Shown: piece by piece, positions 49,314 to 56,681 of the stretch
Layout: every line of letters begins with the position of its first letter
How positions within the stretch are numbered: the first letter of the stretch is position 1
Virus record (IMG/VR): IMGVR_UViG_3300026521_000003
Location: 225,881 to 289,880 of that record
Reading direction: 5' to 3' (one strand)
Length of the DNA stretch: 64,000 bases
Notes under the pieces: generated by a model
The model's database searches: none
Seen by the model: only the letters and a program-made list of their open reading frames with translations
Told to the model about the DNA's origin: nothing
Position numbers and translations under genes: made by a program

Positions 49314-49922
49314 ATGGCTGATTATATTAGAAAGGCAGACCAAGAAATACCATTAACTCAAGAACAAGTTATGGAGATGGCTAGGTTAATGAAACGACCA
49401 ACAGGTTTAATGAGATTTATCCATTATATCGATATTGATACGGCTGATGGTCCTATAAATTTTGGTAAAGTTATTAAAGATTTTCAGTTTGATATGTTAA
49501 AAACCTTTCAAAATTATGATCGATCAATTATTTTGGCATCTCGTCAGATGTCGAAGACTACACTTGCAGCTGTATATCTTCTTTACGAGGCTACCTTTCC
49601 AAAATCAAAAGGGGATATTCTTATAGTTGCACACAAACAAGGTCACTCTATGGAAGTTCTAAAAAGATTAAGAGATATGTATTTCTCTATGCCAATGTGG
49701 ATGAAAGCTGGAATGGTGAAAAATAACGAAACATCTATAACTTTTGATAATGGTATGAGAGTTATTGCTGAAGCTACGACTGCTAATGCTGCTAGGGGTA
49801 AATCTCTAAAAATTGTATATTGTGTAGATGGAGAAACAAAGATAACAGTTAGAAATAAAATAACAAAAGAAATAAGAGAAATTGATATTCAGGATTTATA
49901 TTTAAATGATGAATACAAGTAA
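49314..49922 (+). CDS. terL: Large terminase (T4 gp17-like) fragment 1: ATPase N-part fused to split-intein IntN-1
   Basis: Q motif (KDFQ), Walker A ILASRQMSKTT, NETSITFDNGMRV, ARGKSLKIVY, then CVDGETKITV... (intein block A) at 49821, 33 aa to stop. Confidence 0.9.
   Translation: MADYIRKADQEIPLTQEQVMEMARLMKRPTGLMRFIHYIDIDTADGPINFGKVIKDFQFDMLKTFQNYDRSIILASRQMSKTTLAAVYLLYEATFPKSKGDILIVAHKQGHSMEVLKRLRDMYFSMPMWMKAGMVKNNETSITFDNGMRVIAEATTANAARGKSLKIVYCVDGETKITVRNKITKEIREIDIQDLYLNDEYK
49821..49922 (+). mobile_element. Split intein N-fragment 1 (33 aa)
   Basis: CVDGETKITVRNKITKEIREIDIQDLY resembles short IntN fragments of atypically split terminase inteins (C-x-x-G-(D/E)-T...I-x-D-L-Y). Confidence 0.85.
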
Positions 49923-49924
49923 TT

Positions 49925-49932
49925 TGTATAAT
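49925..49932 (+). promoter_or_regulatory. sigma70-type -10 element driving the homing endonuclease
   Basis: TGTATAAT 2 nt after the terL-1 stop; AAAGGA SD before ATG 49958. Confidence 0.55.
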
Positions 49933-49957
49933 TATATTTAAAAAAGGATTTATTTGT

Positions 49958-52093
49958 ATGATTGAATTGATAGATTATAAGTCAAATCCTGAAAAAATTA
50001 GAGTAGAACTCTTAAATAAAATCAATAAAAAAATTTCTATACAGACTAAAATATTTTCAAATGATTTAAAAAATCAAATTTGTATTGATTATGATGAAAT
50101 TGAATTTAAAAAAGCTTTAGCTAGATTCATCCACAATGATAAAATTAAACAATGTCCATACAATGAATGTGGATTAGAAAGAAAATTTTTAAGTGTTGCT
50201 AATGGTTTTGCTAAGGGGTGTGGGAAAAATCATTCTACTAAACTCACCAATTTAGAAAAGTACGGTGTTGAAAATCCTCAGCAGAATAAAGAGATTAAAA
50301 ATAAAACTAAAGCAACAAATTTAAAAAAATATGGTGTAGATAATCCTGCTAAATCAGAAATCATTAAAGAAAAAACTAAAGAAACATATTTAGCTAAAAC
50401 GGGCTATAATTCACCTTTAGAAAATCCAGACGTTGTTGAGAAAATTAAAAAAACTAATTTAGAAAAGTACGGTGTTGAAAATCCACTAGAATCTACTAAG
50501 GTAAGAGAAAAATACAAGAGTACTATGCTTGAGAGATATGGTGATTCTATACCTATGCGATCAGAATCTATAAAAGATAAGTACAAGGAAAATATGCAAA
50601 AGAATTTTGGTGTAGATCATTACAACCAAACATCAGAATTTAAGAATGATAAAAAAAGAAAATATTATTATAGAAAATTAATGTCTGATAGCTATCCTGT
50701 AAAACCATTATTTACCGTAGATGATTATATCAATTTAAGTGATAGTTTTGATAAGCTTAAATGGCAATGCAAAACATGTAATAGTGTATTTGATGCACAT
50801 AATCATAATAAAGTTATACCTCGATGTTTAACATGCTATCCCTTAATATTTGATGGTGTATCATTATTAGAAAATGAAGTAGTAACTTTTATTCAGAGTT
50901 TCCAAACTGATATTTTGATGAATGATAGGATATTGATTGCTCCGTATGAACTAGATATTTTAATACCCTCAAAAAATCTAGCTATTGAATTTAATGGTTT
51001 GTACTGGCATTCAGAATTAAATGGTAAAGATAAAAATTATCATATTAAAAAAACAATTAAATGTACAGAAAAAGGTGTGCAACTACTTCATATCTTTGAA
51101 GATGAATGGGTTTTTAAAAAGGAAATAGTAAAATCAATAATTAAAGCTAAATTGGGTTTATTCACTAATAGAATATATGCTAGAAAATGTATTATTGAGG
51201 AAATCGATAATAACACTAAGGATATTTTTTTAGAAGAAAATCATATTCAGGGAACTGATATTTCAAAAGTCAAACTAGGGTTATTTTATAATAATGAGTT
51301 AATCCAAGTTATGACATTTGGTCATAGTAGATATAATAAGAATTTTCAATATGAGATGCATAGATTTGCATCAAAACAAGGTTATCAGATTATAGGTGGT
51401 GCAAGTAAATTATGGAAATATTTTATTAGAAATTATAATCCTGAATCGGTAATTACTTATGCTGATAGAAGATATTCTAATGGGGTCACTTATGAAAAAA
51501 TAGGTTTTAGGAAAGCAAGAGAATCAAACCCTAATTTTTTTATAATTAATAAAGGTGTAAGAGAGTCACGATTGAATTGGCAGAAGCATAAACAGAAAGA
51601 TAAATTAGAAAAATTCAATCCTGAACTAACAGCATGGGAAAATATGCAGATTAATGGGTATGATAGAATTTGGGATTGTGGTAATTATGTTTTTGAATGG
51701 AAAAATCAAAAGGTGATTACAAAAATGAATAAAGAAGAGAAAAAATATTTTGATTTAGTTAGAATAAATTTAACTGATGATTTGATACCTTCACATTATA
51801 AAGATGGGAAACTAGATAATCCTATGTATGGCCATTGTCATCATGCTTCACTAGCATTATATGATTTATTAGGTGGAAAAGAAGCGGGTTATAAATTAAG
51901 AAAAGCAATAGACGATGACAATATCATCCATTATTGGTTAGAAACACAAGATGGTATTATAATAGATCCAACAGTAGAACAATATACTGATTTAGGAAGA
52001 AAGCCACCGTATGATAAGCAAGTTAAGAAAGGGATTAGTTATAGAAGAACAAATTCATCGAAGCTATTAGTCTCTAAAATAAAACAGTTATAA
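49958..52093 (+). CDS. Free-standing Vsr/Hef-like (PD-(D/E)xK) homing endonuclease with 23-aa repeats and a C-terminal transglutaminase/papain-like domain
   Basis: TNLEKYGVENP repeats; CKTC/CLTC zinc motif; YELDILIPSKNLAIEFNGLYWHS and LLHIFEDEW; IYARKC...IWDCGNYVFEW; tail NPMYGHCHHAS...HYWL...IIDPT. Confidence 0.8.
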   Translation: MIELIDYKSNPEKIRVELLNKINKKISIQTKIFSNDLKNQICIDYDEIEFKKALARFIHNDKIKQCPYNECGLERKFLSVANGFAKGCGKNHSTKLTNLEKYGVENPQQNKEIKNKTKATNLKKYGVDNPAKSEIIKEKTKETYLAKTGYNSPLENPDVVEKIKKTNLEKYGVENPLESTKVREKYKSTMLERYGDSIPMRSESIKDKYKENMQKNFGVDHYNQTSEFKNDKKRKYYYRKLMSDSYPVKPLFTVDDYINLSDSFDKLKWQCKTCNSVFDAHNHNKVIPRCLTCYPLIFDGVSLLENEVVTFIQSFQTDILMNDRILIAPYELDILIPSKNLAIEFNGLYWHSELNGKDKNYHIKKTIKCTEKGVQLLHIFEDEWVFKKEIVKSIIKAKLGLFTNRIYARKCIIEEIDNNTKDIFLEENHIQGTDISKVKLGLFYNNELIQVMTFGHSRYNKNFQYEMHRFASKQGYQIIGGASKLWKYFIRNYNPESVITYADRRYSNGVTYEKIGFRKARESNPNFFIINKGVRESRLNWQKHKQKDKLEKFNPELTAWENMQINGYDRIWDCGNYVFEWKNQKVITKMNKEEKKYFDLVRINLTDDLIPSHYKDGKLDNPMYGHCHHASLALYDLLGGKEAGYKLRKAIDDDNIIHYWLETQDGIIIDPTVEQYTDLGRKPPYDKQVKKGISYRRTNSSKLLVSKIKQL
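50246..50650 (+). repeat. About 6 tandem 23-aa repeats (TNLEKYGVENP-type) in the homing endonuclease
   Basis: Near-identical DNA copies a(c)(c/t)aatttagaaaagtacggtgttgaaaatcc at 50246 and 50453. Confidence 0.85.
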
Positions 52094-52109
52094 AGGTTTT
52101 ATAAATTAT

Positions 52110-52117
52110 AATAAATA
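52110..52117 (+). promoter_or_regulatory. T4-type late promoter (AATAAATA)
   Basis: AATAAATAAAAGAAAAAGGATTAAAACT-ATG(52138). Confidence 0.6.
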
Positions 52118-52137
52118 AAAGAAAAAGGATTAAAACT

Positions 52138-53445
52138 ATGAGAATTAAAGATCTTATAAATGAAGTTAATATCGATGATTATGAAGATTTAGCACATTAT
52201 AAAAGTCCATTCGTAGATAATAAGGGAGATTATAGCATTCCATTTCAATGGCACCGCAAAAAAGCAACTCCAGATGAACACGAGATGACAAGACTTAGAA
52301 ACTTAGCTAAACTTGCTTTTAATAATTCATTTAAAAGTAGATTAAATAAACTTAAAAAGGCATTAAAAGAGAAAAATTTCTTAAAAATGCAAGAACAATT
52401 AGAGTACTTATACACATATAAATATGATTTAACGGAGTTGATGATTGATGGAAAATTAACTAGTGAATATAAAAAAGATTTTGATTATATGAAAATGATA
52501 ATCGATAAAAAAATTAATAAAATCAATAAAATACTTGAGTATAATCAAAAATTATTCAATGATGTATTTGGTAAAAAAAGTTATAAGAGAACTGCTAATT
52601 TTTATTCTAAAACGGATACATTTACTATAACAACATATAAAAAGCAGACAGAAAGATTCCATGAAATACTCAAACGTTTAAAACGTATTCCTCATGAGTT
52701 AGCTATATTGGATAAAAAATTTAATTCGGTTGATAATAAAGAAAAATTAGAATTATTAAAAAAAGAAAAAGAAAATCTTGTTAAATGGATTGAAAAATAT
52801 AATGATATACTTAAAGCTATGGTTGTTAGAATTGAAGTTCAAAAGCATAGCAAAGGTAAAACAAAAATATTTAATTATGATGATCCTTATACGTTTTTTA
52901 ATGCAATTGATGAAGAAATGCCATTATTTTATGATTCTGAAAGAAAAAAGAAAATACCATTAAAAAATTTGGATTTAGTTGATGAAGTATTTCATGAATT
53001 AAGATCAATAAAAACTATAGCATTAGGTAAGAAAAGCTTAAAAAGCTTAATCCCTCTTTCAAAAAGACCAAGTAGTTTAGATAGTTTAGATCCTAAAAAA
53101 CGAAAAACACGTACGATGAAAATTAAAGATTTAACGTATGAAAAACAGAAAAAAGAAATGGATTCCAAAAAAGAATCAGAGAAAGATTTAGACGGATTAT
53201 CTAAAATATTCGATAAAGGTACTAAGATTATAGATAAGAAATTAAAAGTAGGTATAGAAAGTTTGGGTGATGGTAAGATAAAATTAATTGATAAGGATGG
53301 TAAGCAACTTAAACCATTTGATCTAAATATTCAATATATTAAATGGCTTACAGAGGATGAAAAAATGTCAGGAATTATCGATATTAAAAACACTACACAA
53401 AAAATAGCATCAATTATAGATGATCTAGAAATTATTAAAAAATAA
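52138..53445 (+). CDS. Basic hypothetical protein with leader MRIKDLINE, putative virion-associated
   Basis: 435 aa Lys-rich; CTS-like leader; own late promoter. Confidence 0.8.
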   Translation: MRIKDLINEVNIDDYEDLAHYKSPFVDNKGDYSIPFQWHRKKATPDEHEMTRLRNLAKLAFNNSFKSRLNKLKKALKEKNFLKMQEQLEYLYTYKYDLTELMIDGKLTSEYKKDFDYMKMIIDKKINKINKILEYNQKLFNDVFGKKSYKRTANFYSKTDTFTITTYKKQTERFHEILKRLKRIPHELAILDKKFNSVDNKEKLELLKKEKENLVKWIEKYNDILKAMVVRIEVQKHSKGKTKIFNYDDPYTFFNAIDEEMPLFYDSERKKKIPLKNLDLVDEVFHELRSIKTIALGKKSLKSLIPLSKRPSSLDSLDPKKRKTRTMKIKDLTYEKQKKEMDSKKESEKDLDGLSKIFDKGTKIIDKKLKVGIESLGDGKIKLIDKDGKQLKPFDLNIQYIKWLTEDEKMSGIIDIKNTTQKIASIIDDLEIIKK

Positions 53446-53473
53446 CTTAGAATCTGTCTAAGGTTTTTTATTT
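53446..53473 (+). terminator. Possible weak intrinsic terminator
   Basis: CTTAGA-ATCTG-TCTAAG hairpin followed by GTTTTTTATTTT right after the stop; AT-rich stem. Confidence 0.35.
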
Positions 53474-53504
53474 TAGATAGGATTAGAGAATAAATAAAAA
53501 TAAA

Positions 53505-53840
53505 ATGGGGTTTTTAATGAAGGAAATTTTAGAGTGGGAAGTACTTACTCCAGATGGATGGAGTGACTTTTCAGGTATTATTGAATTAGAGAAGAAAGTA
53601 TTAACAGTTAAATTTCAATCTGGTAAAGAATTGACTGGAAGTGAGACTCATAGACTTTTATTAAAAAAGAATGAATTTATTGAATTGCAGTATTTAATGC
53701 CTAACGATACAATCATTTCAGAAGATGGAACAGAAATAGTTGAAACGATTGAAGAGGGTTCGATACAAAAAGTTTACGATCTGGTTGAAGTTGAATCTGA
53801 ATATCATAGATACTTCACTAATGGACTTATTTCACACAAC
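53505..53840 (+). mobile_element. Split intein C-fragment 1 (about 108-112 aa)
   Basis: Ends in canonical His-Asn followed by Cys(+1); contains blocks B, F, G. Confidence 0.88.
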
Positions 53841-54290
53841 TGCGATGAAATGGCATTTATACCAAATAGGATTCAAGATGAATTTATGGCTGGTACTGCT
53901 CCTGCTCTTTCAGCAACTCGAGGTAAAATGATTGTTACTTCTACACCAAATGGTTCAAGAGATTTATTTGCAAAGATTTGGCAAAACTCTGGTATGGAAT
54001 GGGATAAGAAGGAAATGACATATCTTAGAAAAAACAAACCAAAAAATGAGTTTGAACCTCTTTTTGTACCTTATTGGATAGACCCAACTAAAAATACCCC
54101 TGAATGGATTGAACGAGAAAAGAAAACATTGGATGATCCAGTTAAATTTAAAGTTGAGTTTGAATGTCTTGACGAAGAAACTAAGGTTGATGTTTATGAT
54201 GAGATAACTAATGAATATAAAACTTTAACCCTGAAAGAAATAAAAGATATTTTAGACAAGGATTTACTAAGTAAAAATCTATTAGTTTAA
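53505..54290 (+). CDS. terL: Large terminase fragment 2: IntC-1 + ATPase C-part (Walker B) + IntN-2
   Basis: WEVLTPDGWSDFSGI...SETH (block B)...VYDLVEV (block F)...YFTNGLISHN|CDEMAF (C at 53841); GKMIVTSTPNG (motif C); KVEFE|CLDEETKV (C at 54165). Start may be ATG 53517. Confidence 0.9.
   Translation: MGFLMKEILEWEVLTPDGWSDFSGIIELEKKVLTVKFQSGKELTGSETHRLLLKKNEFIELQYLMPNDTIISEDGTEIVETIEEGSIQKVYDLVEVESEYHRYFTNGLISHNCDEMAFIPNRIQDEFMAGTAPALSATRGKMIVTSTPNGSRDLFAKIWQNSGMEWDKKEMTYLRKNKPKNEFEPLFVPYWIDPTKNTPEWIEREKKTLDDPVKFKVEFECLDEETKVDVYDEITNEYKTLTLKEIKDILDKDLLSKNLLV
54165..54290 (+). mobile_element. Split intein N-fragment 2 (41 aa)
   Basis: CLDEETKVDVYDEITNEYKTLTLKEI follows EFE, then stop; partner IntC not in window. 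Confidence 0.8.
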
Positions 54291-54301
54291 AAAGGTATTT
54301 T

Positions 54302-54309
54302 TGTATAAT
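54302..54309 (+). promoter_or_regulatory. sigma70-type -10 element (TGTATAAT)
   Basis: 7 nt before ATG 54317, no SD (possible leaderless mRNA). Confidence 0.5.
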
Positions 54310-54316
54310 TTAGTGT

Positions 54317-55180
54317 ATGAAACTTAGTACACACCCTCATTTAATTAATAAACCTACTTTAGAAAAAACAGATAAGCATCTTATAATGATGCAATCTGTT
54401 AAACACTTTGATAGACATAATATTGAAACATTAGAAGAATTATATGAAATAGTTTCTAGAAACGTAGTTTATGCTCCTATTTATTGGAAAAGAAATTATA
54501 GAAAAATTGATAATGCAATACTTTCTAAGATTGATTTATTGATATATGATTCTGATGAAGGTGATACTGCTGATGAAATTATAGACATGCTTGGTGAAGT
54601 TGAAACAATGGTGTTACAAACATCAGGCTGGACAGAAGAAAAAGAGAAATATCGTATTTTTATACCGTTAGAAAAACCAATAACCTTTGAAAGTCCTGAA
54701 GAATATACATATTTTTATAGATGGTTGGGTGATATTATTGGTTTGAATTATGATACTAGTACTACCGAATGTGGGAGAGGTTATATAGGATTAGCTGGAA
54801 AGAGAGGTTTTAAAATAGAAGGTGAGCGTCTGAATCCTTTGCCAGCTTGGAAAAAAGAAAAATACAATTATAAGAAAAAAGCAAAAAGAGAACGTCTTAG
54901 AAACTATATAAGATCTATAACCCAACGAGAAATGTTAGAAGATAGTGGTTATACAGTTCCATCACCCCACGATTTAAGATTTAATGATAGAAAATTTAAT
55001 GAATTGGCATTAGAATGTGGGGCTGGTAAAAACTATAAAGCTGTTTTTAAAATTTTAGGATATTGTAAATTTCGTGGTTTAACAGCCTCCGAAGCCGCAC
55101 AGGCTGTAATGTTGTTAAATTTAGGTAATGAATATAATAATGAAAAAGAACTTATTAGAAGATATGAAAAATTGGGATAA
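54317..55180 (+). CDS. AEP-superfamily primase/prim-pol-like protein
   Basis: LLIYDSD (DxD), LQTSGWTEEKEKYRIFIPL (like YTTxSH...YRxxIPL), YD...GRG; C-terminal PriCT-like helical domain. Confidence 0.5.
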   Translation: MKLSTHPHLINKPTLEKTDKHLIMMQSVKHFDRHNIETLEELYEIVSRNVVYAPIYWKRNYRKIDNAILSKIDLLIYDSDEGDTADEIIDMLGEVETMVLQTSGWTEEKEKYRIFIPLEKPITFESPEEYTYFYRWLGDIIGLNYDTSTTECGRGYIGLAGKRGFKIEGERLNPLPAWKKEKYNYKKKAKRERLRNYIRSITQREMLEDSGYTVPSPHDLRFNDRKFNELALECGAGKNYKAVFKILGYCKFRGLTASEAAQAVMLLNLGNEYNNEKELIRRYEKLG

Positions 55181-55208
55181 ATAAGATAAATTAATTAGGA
55201 GACAATTC

Positions 55209-55769
55209 ATGACATCATTTAAAGATTATTATCATGATCCTTTTAGTATCCCTAGTACGGAAGATAAAAAATTTATTATTGGTCCTATAAAGCCAATGTA
55301 TGCATTACTAATAGATTCAATGGGATATAATAATATTGATGTTGATGAACTGTATGACCCTACTAATTTTAAAAAAGAGTACGAACAAGCTAAAAAAAAT
55401 CTTGAAGTGTATATGAAAGATTTGCTTATTAAATCTCAATTAATGGGTTTTTCAAAAAATGCACTTACAATAATTGTTGCCCAAAATAATGATTCTGTGT
55501 ATGTATTGAAAGGTGAGTTTGTATTACGGGTGATAAATGACTTTAAACTGAATAAAATTAAATTAGCTGATAAAACTTTTAAAGAATTTAAAGACTTTGT
55601 AGAAAATAATACAGATTACTGGTCTAATTCATTAATTGAAATAGATAAAATAACTATTAATATTGGAAATTCGCTTGAGGATTATCTGTTTTTAATGGAT
55701 CGATATGAGATTTATGATGAAACATTTAAGGAACGTTTAAAAACTGCACAGGATATTTTTATATTTTAG
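55209..55769 (+). CDS. DIFIF-tagged protein
   Basis: Ends ERLKTAQDIFIF*. Confidence 0.85.
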   Translation: MTSFKDYYHDPFSIPSTEDKKFIIGPIKPMYALLIDSMGYNNIDVDELYDPTNFKKEYEQAKKNLEVYMKDLLIKSQLMGFSKNALTIIVAQNNDSVYVLKGEFVLRVINDFKLNKIKLADKTFKEFKDFVENNTDYWSNSLIEIDKITINIGNSLEDYLFLMDRYEIYDETFKERLKTAQDIFIF

Positions 55770-55777
55770 GAGATAAA

Positions 55778-55987
55778 ATGAATGAATTGAAAGAGATTAT
55801 ACGAGTTCAAAAAGAGATAGAACGATTGGATGAAACCCGAAAAAAGCTTATTGATTATGCTATAAAAAATAAAGAGAAAGAGCTTATGAAACTATCACAA
55901 AAGAATAAACAATTAGAAGAAGAGAATAGACGACTTAAATCTGATATAGCAAATCTAAATCAAAAAATTAAAAATTTAACACACTAA
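55778..55987 (+). CDS. Small coiled-coil protein
   Basis: 69 aa; AGGAG SD; heptad pattern. Confidence 0.75.
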   Translation: MNELKEIIRVQKEIERLDETRKKLIDYAIKNKEKELMKLSQKNKQLEEENRRLKSDIANLNQKIKNLTH

Positions 55988-56003
55988 TAAATGAGAGGGA
56001 ATT

Positions 56004-56681
56004 ATGAGCGGCTGGTTTGATTCTTATAATAATAAAATTGATAGAACAATCGATAATGACAATATTTCATATACTAGTACTTCATTTGAAACTAAAGGAG
56101 AATATACTACTAGTACCACTATTAAAATGCCCACCGTAGAAGTGTTTTTAAAAGCATTAGATGCTTCTAATAAAAAGCTTACAATTCCTCTTAAACAAAT
56201 TATTGATGACTTAACAACACAAGAATTAAATTCTGTTATAGGGCTTTCATCATACAATGCTACAACTCCATTGGGTCATGCAATCAATGCTATGAATGTA
56301 GAAGCTGTTGAGTATTTATTATCATTGTGTGTTGACACTAACTTACATGGACCTAACCAAAAACATATATTGCAAGAATTATTAAATTCAAATGCAACAG
56401 AAAAAAGAATAAGAATTTTAGAAAAGGTTCTTAAAGAGTTTTCTGGCTTTATACCATTAGAACCAAATTATGATGGTCGTTTTTATAGTACGAAGTATTT
56501 AATTGTATTAATCAATAATCGTGCAGTTATGAGAGATACCATTTTTAATATTTATGATAGTTTTCCTCCAAAGCAACGGAAGGAATTAGTTAAGAATTGT
56601 AAAGCGATGCAAGAAATAGCTATAGAGAAAAAAGATTTTGAAATTCTTCCAGATGAAGTAAAGAATATTTTTCTTTTTTAG
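56004..56681 (+). CDS. DIFIF-tagged ankyrin-like protein
   Basis: TTPLGHAINAMNVEAVEYLLSLCVDTN; ends FEILPDEVKNIFLF*. Confidence 0.85.
   Translation: MSGWFDSYNNKIDRTIDNDNISYTSTSFETKGEYTTSTTIKMPTVEVFLKALDASNKKLTIPLKQIIDDLTTQELNSVIGLSSYNATTPLGHAINAMNVEAVEYLLSLCVDTNLHGPNQKHILQELLNSNATEKRIRILEKVLKEFSGFIPLEPNYDGRFYSTKYLIVLINNRAVMRDTIFNIYDSFPPKQRKELVKNCKAMQEIAIEKKDFEILPDEVKNIFLF

Noticed and set aside
49922-53505. Group I intron or sequencing break explaining the terminase split
   Set aside because: Both junctions carry protein-splicing motifs (Cys1; His-Asn-Cys+1), each piece has its own stop or start, and the gap is filled by two full genes with no intron core elements
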